From the NCBI GenBank assembly GCA_007375725.1, contig VMEV01000001.1:15503-79502 (forward strand): 64,000 nt of DNA, in the 5' to 3' direction. Positions within the stretch are counted from its first letter, which is position 1. The number at the start of each line of letters is the position of its first letter. The position numbers and the translations under genes are program-made. Shown piece after piece: positions 17,697 through 27,977 of the stretch. Under the pieces are notes generated by a model. The model was not told where the DNA came from and searched no databases. It saw only the letters and a list, made by a program, of their open reading frames with translations. Source of the DNA: Parcubacteria group bacterium Greene0416_36 (GTDB lineage Bacteria > Patescibacteriota > Patescibacteriia > VMEV01).

Positions 17697-18494
17697 TTAT
17701 TGCATCCCTACAACCGCCAGCAAAGTCCGAGTTCGCTTTTCACGTTCTCGATAATGGGAGGGAAGACCGCTGCAAATGGTGCAAATGCAGTGGGAGGCAT
17801 CAATATTTTCTTCCAAAATACCTCGACGCAAAAGGGATTGTTTATTGCAAAAGAGTAAATCAAGAAAAGCTCCCGACTTTTTGGTTTTGGGATTGAAAGC
17901 CATCCGAACCGAACCCTCACCGAATTCGGATTTGAATCGCTTCCACCGACAAGGCTCAGGATAATCTTTATCAACGGCATTGACCACATCGTAGCAACAG
18001 GCAAGGGCCGAAGGGCATATAGTGACTCGAATATCAGAAGATTTTGACCCATTGGCAATAAAAAAATCCACCATTTTTCCAGGAAGACGCTTTCCTGTTC
18101 CCTCATACCCAGCATGAGCAACTCCACACACCTTCTTTACAGGATCATAATAAACCACAATTGGGCAATCTGCGGCATAAGCAACAAGAAAAACCCCATA
18201 ATCCCGAGTAAACAGTCCATCAGTATCCTCAATCGGACCTTTATTGGAACTCAAAATACTGGCTCCACGGTCCTTCTCAAATACCTCGACTATTTTATCT
18301 CCCCCAATTTGATTGGGGAATACGAGAGAGTTGACTGAAATTTCGTGTCTCTCACATATCTCTTCCCGAGCCAAAGAAACTTCTTTCTCATTCTTTCCGG
18401 AAACCAATTTCGGACATTCCTCCATGAAACAAAGTAAACCCTCAACCTCTTCTATCAAAACAACCGGCTTTTTCTTTTTCTCTAGAGTTAGCAT
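17697..18494 (-). CDS. pgeF: YfiH/PgeF (laccase-domain, purine nucleoside phosphorylase-like) protein
   Basis: TDGLFT, ADCP, AHAGY.G, CCYDV, CTIC...SHYR. Confidence 0.85.
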   Translation of the reverse strand: MLTLEKKKKPVVLIEEVEGLLCFMEECPKLVSGKNEKEVSLAREEICERHEISVNSLVFPNQIGGDKIVEVFEKDRGASILSSNKGPIEDTDGLFTRDYGVFLVAYAADCPIVVYYDPVKKVCGVAHAGYEGTGKRLPGKMVDFFIANGSKSSDIRVTICPSALACCYDVVNAVDKDYPEPCRWKRFKSEFGEGSVRMAFNPKTKKSGAFLDLLFCNKQSLLRRGILEENIDASHCICTICSGLPSHYREREKRTRTLLAVVGMQ

Positions 18495-18515
18495 AACTTC
18501 TCTCCTTTATTGAAA

Positions 18516-19562
18516 TTACAAAATACGATCCAAAATAAAGAGCGCCAATCCAAATGCCGCGGATACGGCAGAAATCACCCAAAAACGCATGACGATTTTG
18601 GATTCCGGCCAGCCGATGGCTTCAAGATGATGATGGATTGGGGCTGACAGAAACACCTTTTTACCACGAAATCGTTTGGACAACAACTGGATAATCACGG
18701 AAAGCGACTCAACCACAAACAAAATACCAATAATCGGCAGGAATAATGCGGTATTGGTGAGCATGGCCATGATGCCCAAGACCACACCAAGTGACATGGC
18801 CCCGGTGTCTCCCATATAAAAACGAGCCGGAGGAATATTGTACCAGAGAAATGCCAAAAGGCTTCCCATGATCACGCCGCAAAAAGCGGCCAAATCATAT
18901 CGGCCCAATAAGAAAGCCATCACCGCCATAGACATAAAAGCGGCCAAAAGTGTTCCTCCGGCCAACCCATCGAGGCCGTCGATTTCATTGACCGAAAAGG
19001 CGGTAGCCACAATGATGAAAATAAAGATGGGAATATACCACCAACCAATGGAAAAATCACCCAAAAAAGGAACATGAAAAATATCCCAGCCCAATTTTGA
19101 ATAGAACCACCAGGCGCAAATCGAGGCGACAACCGTGTACAGACCCAAACGCTGTTTCATGGTGAATCCGCCGGATTTAGAGATCATGCGGTTGATATTG
19201 AACCAATCATCCGCCATTCCCACCAATCCCGCCAAAACCAAGGCACCCAGAGGCAAAAGAGTCTCGGATCGACTCAAAAAATTGAGTCTGCCGATCCATG
19301 AATCCGGAAACCAGGAATGGAGATAAAAAAATAGGAGAGCCAGGCACAGTGTCGTTCCCCACATCAAAATTCCACCCATAGTGGGAGTTCCTGCTTTTTT
19401 GGCATGAAGAGCGCTCATGACGGGCGTCGAACCGTCGCTGCGGATATGTTTGCCCATCTTATATTTATAAAGAAAATGGCTCAGAAACGGCGTCACTATA
19501 AAGGCCGCCACAAAAGATAAAGTCGCTAGAAACAAAATTTTTACCAAATAAAAACCGAGCAT
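18516..19562 (-). CDS. mraY: Phospho-MurNAc-pentapeptide transferase
   Basis: KAGTPTMGG, DD, NEIDGLDGL, YMGDTG, APIHHHLE. Confidence 0.97.
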   Translation of the reverse strand: MLGFYLVKILFLATLSFVAAFIVTPFLSHFLYKYKMGKHIRSDGSTPVMSALHAKKAGTPTMGGILMWGTTLCLALLFFYLHSWFPDSWIGRLNFLSRSETLLPLGALVLAGLVGMADDWFNINRMISKSGGFTMKQRLGLYTVVASICAWWFYSKLGWDIFHVPFLGDFSIGWWYIPIFIFIIVATAFSVNEIDGLDGLAGGTLLAAFMSMAVMAFLLGRYDLAAFCGVIMGSLLAFLWYNIPPARFYMGDTGAMSLGVVLGIMAMLTNTALFLPIIGILFVVESLSVIIQLLSKRFRGKKVFLSAPIHHHLEAIGWPESKIVMRFWVISAVSAAFGLALFILDRIL

Positions 19563-19571
19563 AAAAATTGA

Positions 19572-19925
19572 TTATTGAGAAATAAGGCCCCTCAAAAAAA
19601 CGGCAAATACAAAAAGCAATATATTGAAAAAAATAGAGCTCAAAAGGAGCCAATACGATAAAACACTCGGTTTTCTAGACAAAAAGAACAAAAACAGGTG
19701 CAGGCAACAAATCCCCAAACCAAATGCCCCCAGAAAAAATATATTATACCCGGAACCCAAAAAATCAATGCCTGTATAGATACTATAATGAAGGGGCACC
19801 CGCTCCCATCCCGCATCCACCCAATGAAACAAAAATCCCCACAAAATAAGATTTAGAACAAAACCCAATCCAGCCAAAATTTTCATGATCAAATCCTCTT
19901 TAAAAACGTCCTTTAAAAAAATCAT
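19572..19925 (-). CDS. Small membrane protein with PLHY motif
   Basis: 3 hydrophobic segments, VPLHYSIYTGIDFLG. Confidence 0.7.
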   Translation of the reverse strand: MIFLKDVFKEDLIMKILAGLGFVLNLILWGFLFHWVDAGWERVPLHYSIYTGIDFLGSGYNIFFLGAFGLGICCLHLFLFFLSRKPSVLSYWLLLSSIFFNILLFVFAVFLRGLISQ

Positions 19926-20050
19926 ATTGACCCAGCCTTATAAAACAAGTTACTTTAACTATAAGCAACATTTTATTTTTTTTCCAAATATACTATACTT
20001 ACTTGTTCTCCAAATCAGAAAATCTCGACTTAAATACCCATTGGAATATT

Positions 20051-21946
20051 ATGAAATATCTATCTAAAAGAAATATTATTATCTATGCGGTCTTCGTCTC
20101 CATTGTTGGAATATATTTCGTCGCCAGAGGAGAACCAAACATCGAATACGATTTTGTCATTGCCCAAAAATCCAACCTCCAGCAGGAGGTATCGGTGAGT
20201 GGAACCGTGACCCCCGTGGATCAGGTCGAATTATCTTTCGAAGCCACGGGCAAGATCGCCAAAATCAACAAGAAAGTGGGAGACGAAGTCGCCAAAGACC
20301 AAGAAATTATCGCGCTCGATGCCGGCGATCTGTGGGCCCAGCTACAAAGAAAACAAGCGGTCCTAGGCAATGCCCAATCGCAATACAAACAAAGCCAGCT
20401 GGAGCTAGAACTAGAACAAATAAAACTGGATGAAATCAAAAAAGGAGCACGCATCGAAGAAGTCACCCTCTCAGAAACCAAGGTTTCCAATCTGGAAGCA
20501 CAAAGGACGGATCTGGAACAAAATCTGACCGAAACCAAAGAGATCTCGGCCACCCAGCTTCAAAATGCAGGAAATAACCTGAAAGATGCCAAAAACCAGC
20601 TCAGCATCACGGAAGAAAAGGCCGACATTGATCTAGCCAATGTCTACGCCAAAAGCGAAGATGTCGCGGAAGACACCTTCGGCAAAGCCCAAGAAGCCGT
20701 GAGCAAGCAAACTGATGAACTATTCAACGCTGATAATTCCGCAGATCCCCAGCTTTCTTTCTTCACCAGTTCCGCGCCCCTCGAACAAGCGGCTGAAACT
20801 GGCAGGCGCCTTGCCCAAATAACCTTAGAGGAGTTAGCCACCCAATTAATCGTATTCCCCCCCGATCCGCTCCAGTCGGAGTCACTGCTGCGCGACATGC
20901 AGAAAAAACTCTCCTCCACACGGGACTGGATGAGCGGGCTCTTGGCCACCGTCGACGCAGCATTATCCCTGGACCAAACCACCAAAGACCGCTTCAAATC
21001 CAATATCGCTTTGGGACGCACAAATCTCACCTTGGCTGTCACTTCCCTCTCCAATCAGTTACAGCTGATCTCCTCGCAAAAAATCACCAATCAAAACAAT
21101 GTAACCCTTGCGAAAAGCACCTACAATGCCGCAAAAAATAATTTTGACCTGACACAAAATTCCACAAAAAATAATATCTCCCTGTCTCAAAACCGAATCA
21201 ATGAGGTGGAAAACTCTCTGGAATTGGCCAAAAAAGAATTGGAACTCAAAAAAGCGACCGGCACTCCGGAACAGCTGGCCAGCCAAGCGCTCATTATTCG
21301 GCGATCAGAAATCGCCTTATCTTTGGCCGCCAACCAAATCCGTCAGGCCCAAGCTGATATTAGAGAACAATACTCCCGAATCAGCAAAACTGTGATCAAG
21401 GCGCCTTTTGCTGGAACCATTACCCTGCTTGATGCCAAACAAGGGGAATCGGTCACTCCCAATAAAATTGTGGTTGCCATCATTACTCAAGGCGTCTACG
21501 AAATCCTAACCCATATTCCGGAAGCCGATATTGCTAAAATTCAGCTCGGAAACAAAGCCCATGTGCGCCTAGATGCGTACGGAAACGATGTTCCCTTCGA
21601 AGCCGAAATAACCAGAATCGATCCGGCAGAAACCGTCATTGACGGAGTCCCCACCTACCGAACCACGCTTGGCTTCACGGTTCAAGATCCCCGAATCAAG
21701 TCCGGAATGACCGCGGATCTCGATATCCAAACCGCATCCAGAACCCATGTTTTGGCAGTTCCCCAGCGCGCTGTGATTGAAAAACAGAATAAAAAATTTC
21801 TGCAAACACTGAACAGTGAGAATCAAATCATAGAAAAAGAAATTTCCACCGGACTCAAAGCCTCAGACGGCAATATTGAAATAACCGCAGGAATCGAGGA
21901 AGGCGAAAAAGTAATTGTGTTTATCGGAAAACAAAACGGCAACTAG
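20051..21946 (+). CDS. MacA-like efflux periplasmic adaptor with very long coiled coil
   Basis: VSVSGTV.P, GKIAKI..KVGDEV, IKAPFAGTI, EADIAKI, KSGMTA. Confidence 0.88.
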   Translation: MKYLSKRNIIIYAVFVSIVGIYFVARGEPNIEYDFVIAQKSNLQQEVSVSGTVTPVDQVELSFEATGKIAKINKKVGDEVAKDQEIIALDAGDLWAQLQRKQAVLGNAQSQYKQSQLELELEQIKLDEIKKGARIEEVTLSETKVSNLEAQRTDLEQNLTETKEISATQLQNAGNNLKDAKNQLSITEEKADIDLANVYAKSEDVAEDTFGKAQEAVSKQTDELFNADNSADPQLSFFTSSAPLEQAAETGRRLAQITLEELATQLIVFPPDPLQSESLLRDMQKKLSSTRDWMSGLLATVDAALSLDQTTKDRFKSNIALGRTNLTLAVTSLSNQLQLISSQKITNQNNVTLAKSTYNAAKNNFDLTQNSTKNNISLSQNRINEVENSLELAKKELELKKATGTPEQLASQALIIRRSEIALSLAANQIRQAQADIREQYSRISKTVIKAPFAGTITLLDAKQGESVTPNKIVVAIITQGVYEILTHIPEADIAKIQLGNKAHVRLDAYGNDVPFEAEITRIDPAETVIDGVPTYRTTLGFTVQDPRIKSGMTADLDIQTASRTHVLAVPQRAVIEKQNKKFLQTLNSENQIIEKEISTGLKASDGNIEITAGIEEGEKVIVFIGKQNGN

Positions 21947-21949
21947 AAT

Positions 21950-22681
21950 ATGGAAAAAGTAAAAATCATAGAAACAAGAAATCTTCAAAAAACATACTTT
22001 TCCTCTGAAGGTCTCCCCACTCCCGCTCTCCGAGACATCAGCATCACCATTTCCAAAGGCGAGTTCGTCTCGATTATGGGACCTTCGGGATCCGGCAAAT
22101 CAACCTTGCTTCATATTTTAGGATTATTGGACGAACCCACGAAAGGCGACTATTTTCTGGATGGCAAAAATATAAAAGATTATGATAAAGAAGCCATCGC
22201 CTCACTCCGAAATGAAAAAATCGGCTTCATTTTTCAATTCTTCAACTTACTGGCCCGAACCAGTGTCTTTGATAATGTCATATTGCCGCTTCTCTACAGC
22301 AAGGTCCCAGAAAAAGACTGGAAACATCGAGCCCTGGAAGCCATTGAAGCTGTCAATCTCGGACACCGGAAAGATTACCTGCCCTCCCAGCTCTCTGGAG
22401 GCGAAAAACAAAGAGTCGCCATCGCGCGAGCCTTGGTGACTGACCCTTCCATAATATTCGCTGATGAACCCACGGGAAACCTCGACTCAAGAAATGGACA
22501 TAATATCTTGGAAATTCTCCAGAATCTCAATGAAAAGCAAGGCCGAACCATCATTCTCATTACCCACGAATCCCACGCCGCCGCCCACGCCCAAAGGAAA
22601 ATCATCTTGAAAGACGGCCTCGTGGAAATCGACGAAAAAATTCTCAATCAGCTCAGACCCACCGACGTAATTATCAAATAG
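21950..22681 (+). CDS. ABC transporter ATP-binding protein (MacB/LolD type)
   Basis: [32 protein letters not shown]. Confidence 0.95.
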   Translation: MEKVKIIETRNLQKTYFSSEGLPTPALRDISITISKGEFVSIMGPSGSGKSTLLHILGLLDEPTKGDYFLDGKNIKDYDKEAIASLRNEKIGFIFQFFNLLARTSVFDNVILPLLYSKVPEKDWKHRALEAIEAVNLGHRKDYLPSQLSGGEKQRVAIARALVTDPSIIFADEPTGNLDSRNGHNILEILQNLNEKQGRTIILITHESHAAAHAQRKIILKDGLVEIDEKILNQLRPTDVIIK

Positions 22682-22692
22682 TTTCCAAATTT

Positions 22693-23931
22693 ATGAAATG
22701 GAAACACTACCTCAAAACTGCGGCCGGCGGACTTCTCGTCCATAAATCACGATCAGTCTTGACGATTTTAGGAATTGTGATTGGAATCGCCGCCATTATC
22801 ATGATTTCATCTCTTGGGGAAGGCGCCAACCAGCTCATTCTGAGAGAAATCCAAGCAATGGGATCCCGAACCCTAGTGGTCACTCCCGGAAAAGAACCGC
22901 GGGGTCCATCAAATATAAATTCTCTATTTCTGGATGCTCTCAAGGAAAGGGAACTCAAAGCTCTCCAAGATCAGTCCAAAGTCCCTTCTGTAGTGGATGC
23001 AACACCTATGATCATTGTACCCGGAAGCGTTTCTTATGGAGGCGAAACCTATGATCCCACGACTATGGGCAGTTCTGAAAATTTTGCCGAACTCATGGAT
23101 GTCTACCCCAACCCAGGACGATTTTTCAATGCCGAGGAAGTCCGCCAAAATGAAAGCGTCGCCATTATCGGCTCCGAGGTAAAAAATAAACTTTTCGGCC
23201 CTTCCGAAGGCCTTGGCGCAAAAATAAAAATACGAGGGCGCTATTTCCGAGTGATCGGTATTTTCCCACAAACCGGCAGTTCTATTTTCTTTAATATGGA
23301 TGACTTGATAGTGATCCCATATACCACGGGACAAAGATATTTATTGGGTACGGACCATTTCTTCGAAATCATTGTGCGGGCCCAGAGCGAAGCCTTGGTT
23401 CCGCGAGCCGTAGCCGAAATAGAAGCCACCCTCCGAGAAACCCAAGGAATCACGGATCCGGAAAAAGATTATTTCCATATCCATACACAAATCGATCTGG
23501 CTGACCGAGTAGGTCTGGTCGGGACAATTCTAACCCTCCTGCTCTCTTCCATCGCCGCCATATCTCTCCTGGTAGGCGGCATCGGCATCATGAATATCAT
23601 GCTGGTATCCGTGACCGAACGCACCCGAGAAATCGGTCTGCGAAAAGCAATCGGCGCCACGGAGAAAAATATCATGACCCAATTCGTGTTGGAAGCCATT
23701 TTGCTTACGGGACTGGGCGGAATAATTGGAACAACCCTCGGCATAACAGCCTCTTTCATTATTGGACAACTCATACGCCGCTTTGGGGGCCTTGAATGGG
23801 TCTTCTCGATTCCCATAGCCTCGGCTTTGGTCGGCATCACCCTTTCCTGTTTGATCGGCCTGATTTTCGGCATATTCCCCGCCCGAAGCGCGGCCAAGAA
23901 AAATCCAATAGAGGCGCTAAGGTACGAATAA
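22693..23931 (+). CDS. ABC transporter permease (MacB/FtsX type)
   Basis: RSVLTILGIVIGI, VGGIGIMNIMLVSVTERTREIG, NPIEALRYE. Confidence 0.95.
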   Translation: MKWKHYLKTAAGGLLVHKSRSVLTILGIVIGIAAIIMISSLGEGANQLILREIQAMGSRTLVVTPGKEPRGPSNINSLFLDALKERELKALQDQSKVPSVVDATPMIIVPGSVSYGGETYDPTTMGSSENFAELMDVYPNPGRFFNAEEVRQNESVAIIGSEVKNKLFGPSEGLGAKIKIRGRYFRVIGIFPQTGSSIFFNMDDLIVIPYTTGQRYLLGTDHFFEIIVRAQSEALVPRAVAEIEATLRETQGITDPEKDYFHIHTQIDLADRVGLVGTILTLLLSSIAAISLLVGGIGIMNIMLVSVTERTREIGLRKAIGATEKNIMTQFVLEAILLTGLGGIIGTTLGITASFIIGQLIRRFGGLEWVFSIPIASALVGITLSCLIGLIFGIFPARSAAKKNPIEALRYE

Positions 23932-23972
23932 AACAAGTAGGGGCGGTCACATAGGACCGCCCCTACTTGTTT
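23931..23972. repeat. GTAG-type REP between convergent genes
   Basis: aaacaaGTAGGGGCGGTCACATAGGACCGCCCCTACttgttt. Confidence 0.85.
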
Positions 23973-23980
23973 GTATCTTT

Positions 23981-24973
23981 CTAAGCAAACGCCAAATTCA
24001 CATCCGGCTGAGCGAACGATCCCAAAAGAGAGACTTTTGCTCGAATCAAATCCTGCCGGCTCATTTTTTTCGCCTGAGCAATCTTAGCTTTCGAAACCGC
24101 ATATTTGATAATGGCTCCAGGGATATCCACACCAGTGGCTTGCATGATGCCCTCGAATCCAGGATTAGAATTCACCTCGATGATCTGCGGCCCTTCGTGG
24201 GTGCGGAGCATATCCACGCCGGCAATCTCGATGCCGATGACTTTGGCAGCTTTCAGAGCCAGCGTCTTCTCATCAGGAGTAAGATCCACTTTCGCCACAC
24301 TCCCGCCCAAATGAAAATTGGACCGGAATTCGCCGGGCTTGGCCGTCCGCTCCATGGCGGCAATGACTTTGCCTCCCACGACAAAAATCCGCAAATCTTT
24401 GCCTTTGGCTTCTTCAATATATTCTTGGATGAGATATTCATTTCCATGCCAGTCCATGAGTAAATCCATCACCGAAGTCAATGTCTGAGCATCCGGAATA
24501 TATAAAACTCCTTTTCCTTGGGTGCCGCAGGCTTTTTTGATCACCACTGGAAACTTGCCGAGTTTTTCCACGGCCTTTTCAATTTGATCCCGTGAATACG
24601 CGACAATGGTCCGCGGAATAGGAATATGATGATGATCCAAATATTGCAAAGTTCGAATCTTATTTTTCGTAATGATCACTGGCAAATGAGTATTGACCAC
24701 GGTATAACCGCAATACTGAAGATGTTTGATCGCACCCGCTTCCAGATCATAGTTATCGTTAAATCCAGGGCGCACAATCACCACATCCACTTTCCCCAAC
24801 GGCTTATTTTTATATAAAAAACGTGTTTTTTTGCCGGTCCAGTCCAGCTGGCAATCGTGCTTCCTTATCACCCGTAAATCATGCCCCATCTCGCGAACCT
24901 TAGCACGAAGAACTCTCATGCTATGAGAAAAGTCCTCGTCTTTTTTTGTGTAGTGAAATATAGCTATCTGCAT
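23981..24973 (-). CDS. rimK: RimK family alpha-L-glutamate ligase (ATP-grasp)
   Basis: GTQGKGV, IQEYI, DLRIFVVG, FRSNFHLGG, EVNSNPG. Confidence 0.88.
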   Translation of the reverse strand: MQIAIFHYTKKDEDFSHSMRVLRAKVREMGHDLRVIRKHDCQLDWTGKKTRFLYKNKPLGKVDVVIVRPGFNDNYDLEAGAIKHLQYCGYTVVNTHLPVIITKNKIRTLQYLDHHHIPIPRTIVAYSRDQIEKAVEKLGKFPVVIKKACGTQGKGVLYIPDAQTLTSVMDLLMDWHGNEYLIQEYIEEAKGKDLRIFVVGGKVIAAMERTAKPGEFRSNFHLGGSVAKVDLTPDEKTLALKAAKVIGIEIAGVDMLRTHEGPQIIEVNSNPGFEGIMQATGVDIPGAIIKYAVSKAKIAQAKKMSRQDLIRAKVSLLGSFAQPDVNLAFA

Positions 24974-24980
24974 ATTAAAC

Positions 24981-25082
24981 TAGGATTTAGGGTCTAGAAT
25001 TTAGGATTCAGGAATAAAGAACAAACTCAAGTATCTCAAATTTATCCTGAATCCTAGATCCTTATTCCTGAATCCTGAAATT
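24981..25082. repeat. Inverted arrays of ~7-bp tandem repeats (TAGGATT / ATCCTGA)
   Basis: taggatttagggtctagaatttaggattcagga ... tcctgaatcctagatccttattcctgaatcctga. Confidence 0.7.
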
Positions 25083-25130
25083 TGCCCCAAAGATAACAAA
25101 AAACAAAGAGAAAAGCAAAGCTTTCTCCCC

Positions 25131-25772
25131 TTATTTTGAAATTCGCAGATAGTTGATTTTTTTCCCCGCTTTCAAATGCTTTTTTTCGAAATGGGTTTGG
25201 ATCTGGAGGATCGGATCCAGATTTATTTGCGCGTGAATATCTTCCGTGGACTCGCCAATCTTCCAGCCCAACTCCGCCGCGATTTCTTTGGAATACAAAA
25301 ATAAATTCGGATCATCGGTTTTGAGATTCACCGTACCTGCTTGGCCCAGTAAATAGCGATAAAGATCCAAAAAAATATGTGAGGTCAGACGCCGCGCCGC
25401 TTGTCCTTTTTTGGGAAAAGGATCCGGAAAGGTGAGCCAGATCTCAGATACTGAACCCTCTTTTAAGAATTCTCGCAAAAACACTACATCCATTCGAATA
25501 AATAAAACATTTTCAAGCGTGAATTCTGATCTCATTTTCGCTCCATACCAAAGACGCTCCCCCTGCCGGTCCAGAGCGATGAAATTGGTATGAGGAAATT
25601 TCTTTGCCATTTCGATGGTGAAATCCCCTCGTCCGCATCCTAATTCCATTACCAGTGCTCCTTTTCGTGACAAAAAAAGCCCCAGCTTGGAGCGGAAATC
25701 CGGATCCGGCTTTTCAATCACCCCCGGCCACTCTTTTAAGGTTTCGATGAGTTTTTTTTTGATTCGAGGCAC
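25131..25772 (-). CDS. trmB: tRNA (guanine-N7)-methyltransferase
   Basis: ELGCGRG, FPDPFPK, RRLT, LKTD, QTHFE. Confidence 0.92.
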   Translation of the reverse strand: MPRIKKKLIETLKEWPGVIEKPDPDFRSKLGLFLSRKGALVMELGCGRGDFTIEMAKKFPHTNFIALDRQGERLWYGAKMRSEFTLENVLFIRMDVVFLREFLKEGSVSEIWLTFPDPFPKKGQAARRLTSHIFLDLYRYLLGQAGTVNLKTDDPNLFLYSKEIAAELGWKIGESTEDIHAQINLDPILQIQTHFEKKHLKAGKKINYLRISK

Positions 25773-25781
25773 ATGACAAAA

Positions 25782-25855
25782 AAATTAAGAATGAAGAATT
25801 AAGAATGAAGCGGACTGTTGTTCATCTTTAATTCTTCATTCTTCATTCTTAATTA
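25782..25855. repeat. Inverted arrays of ~7-bp tandem repeats
   Basis: aattaagaatgaagaattaagaatgaag ... ttaattcttcattcttcattcttaatt. Confidence 0.75.
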
Positions 25856-25862
25856 TATGACG

Positions 25863-26822
25863 CTATTTTTTCGACAACAGTAAGGCAAGTTTCACCGCTC
25901 CCGCTACCGGCGCTTGGGACGAAAAAATAAGATTCGCCTTGGGATAAAATTTCGCCATTTTATCGATGAATAAAGAACGGATATATTTTTTGCGATGGAG
26001 AATCGATCCAGCGATCACGAGATCGAATGAAATATATTTTAGTTTCAGCCGAGTAATCACGGCATGTACAGAGTCAAATAACTCCGAAACGGCTAGGATT
26101 TGAATGTCGCGAACCACGGAATCAGCGAAAGGATCCACCGAGTCTAAAAGCATGGCCAATTCTCCCATCTCACTTTTCCCAAACGAGGGGGCATAAATAT
26201 GACGCAAAATATCTCGGAAATCATGGATTTTGAAATGACCCATCACCAACTTTTCAAGCTTTGTTTTGGGTCCTCGCCCATCATAGCTCTTAGCTGCGGC
26301 TTCCAGAATTTTCCGCCCCAGCCAATATCCCCCGCCCTGATCAGCTAAGAGATAATCCAGTCCCGAAGAGGACGCACTCTCTCCTGCCGGATTGGCCCCG
26401 TAGCAATGAGTGCCAGTTCCGGCGATCAACGAAACACCGAAAGAGGCGTCTGATGCGCTCGGAAATACAATTTTTATATCATTTCCGGCCTCTCCATGCG
26501 CAACGCGGTAAGGTCTCAGCATTTTTTTAAATAAAATACTCGCTTTGATTTCATCCGATTCCATATCTAAGCCGGCCATACCCAAATAAGCCGCCGCTAC
26601 AGGCGCTCCTTTTTTCTTCAACTTTTTCCAAACTTTCGCAATCGTCTTCTCAATATTCTCGAAATTTTTATCCCTCCCGAGCATGGTATTCCAAGACCCA
26701 GGACCTCCTTTTTCCGTAAACAAAATCTTCCCGGCCATATCAGCAATCGCCACTTCCGTTTTAGTCGCCCCCGCGTCCACCCCGAGGAGGAAAGATTCTT
26801 TTTTAGTGGGTGAGAAAAACAT
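25863..26822 (-). CDS. BadF/BadG/BcrA/BcrD-type sugar kinase (GlcNAc/MurNAc kinase-like)
   Basis: GVDAGATKT, GMAG, ND, IAGTG, DQGGGYWLG. Confidence 0.85.
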   Translation of the reverse strand: MFFSPTKKESFLLGVDAGATKTEVAIADMAGKILFTEKGGPGSWNTMLGRDKNFENIEKTIAKVWKKLKKKGAPVAAAYLGMAGLDMESDEIKASILFKKMLRPYRVAHGEAGNDIKIVFPSASDASFGVSLIAGTGTHCYGANPAGESASSSGLDYLLADQGGGYWLGRKILEAAAKSYDGRGPKTKLEKLVMGHFKIHDFRDILRHIYAPSFGKSEMGELAMLLDSVDPFADSVVRDIQILAVSELFDSVHAVITRLKLKYISFDLVIAGSILHRKKYIRSLFIDKMAKFYPKANLIFSSQAPVAGAVKLALLLSKK

Positions 26823-26836
26823 AGAAAATCCGTAAT

Positions 26837-27796
26837 TTACTGAATAGGTCTCATCTTCACGGGAACCCCACCCTCCGGCATAGGCACGCCCGAGAGATCA
26901 ATCACGCTCCGCTTGAAACACGCTTCTCCAGTGGAATGGGGCCAAGTCTGGGCATAATAATCATAAGGTTCATTTTTCTGGCCTTGATTATCGAGGCGAA
27001 AATTGGCACAGAGTTCGAACTCATTTTCAGATACAATGCGGTAGACAAAAGGCTTACCGGTCTCTTTATCGGCCCAGGATTCGGATGAGAGCCAGGTAGA
27101 CACCGATTTAATTTGGCCGAGATTCGCGGGAAACTCTTTTTTGATCGAATAAAAATTACGGACTTCATTCTCAATTTGGGACAATTTCTGGAGATTTTCT
27201 TCATCCAAACGGCGCATGCGAGTCTCGGCCGGACTCTCGACTATGGCAAAAGCCGTTACCAAAGAGCCTAAAACCAATACAATGGCCCCAATGGCGGAGT
27301 AGCGAATCACCGAATCGTTCTTTTTGGCCTCGCGGCGCTTGATATCATACAAATAATACCCAAATATAAAGGCGGTAATGCTCATGGTGACGAAAGCTTT
27401 GAGCATAAATTTCGTCGTCAGCTCGCCATCGAGAAAACTGTAAACCAAGGCCACGAGATAACCCAAAATGGTGACAGATGCGACGAATAGGATGAAATAA
27501 GACAACCAGCGACGAATGCCCGCCTCGAGCGATAACATTTTAGACACAATAGCCTTATTGATCTTCGACACCGCCAAAAAATAAATCGGCGCGCCGATAA
27601 TAATCGACGAAACCGCGAATTTAATCGCCCCCGAGCTGTACGCGGCCGAGTAATTCGTTACCAAATCCGGCACATATTTATTGACGACCTGATAAAGAAT
27701 CATGCCCACACTCGTCGCCGTGAAACTGAGCGCGACAAGAGAAAGCAAGTACCAAAAAGCGTATTGGGCGGAATTGGTGGGGGCGGGTTGGGACAT
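26837..27796 (-). CDS. DUF5671-like membrane protein
   Basis: Several TM helices, then SP...R..RLD and FELCANF..W.H..G..CF. Confidence 0.75.
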   Translation of the reverse strand: MSQPAPTNSAQYAFWYLLSLVALSFTATSVGMILYQVVNKYVPDLVTNYSAAYSSGAIKFAVSSIIIGAPIYFLAVSKINKAIVSKMLSLEAGIRRWLSYFILFVASVTILGYLVALVYSFLDGELTTKFMLKAFVTMSITAFIFGYYLYDIKRREAKKNDSVIRYSAIGAIVLVLGSLVTAFAIVESPAETRMRRLDEENLQKLSQIENEVRNFYSIKKEFPANLGQIKSVSTWLSSESWADKETGKPFVYRIVSENEFELCANFRLDNQGQKNEPYDYYAQTWPHSTGEACFKRSVIDLSGVPMPEGGVPVKMRPIQ

Positions 27797-27840
27797 AAGA
27801 AAAAAATGAAAAATTAAGAATGGAGAATGAAGCAGCAGAA

Positions 27841-27912
27841 CAACAAACCCATCCCTAACCCTTCCCTTTGCTCCAGAGGCGCATCCGCCTTTGGCGGGAA
27901 CAAGGAAGGGAG
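27841..27912. repeat. CAACAAACCC-type element with a nested GGCGCATCCGCC element
   Basis: Equals 17499-17540 plus gctccagaggcgcatccgcctttggcggg inserted in the hairpin loop. Confidence 0.75.
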
Positions 27913-27977
27913 CAAGGAAATTTCGCTATTTGCTGATATTATTAATAATATCGTTTTTATTGATTTTATTCAAAAAT

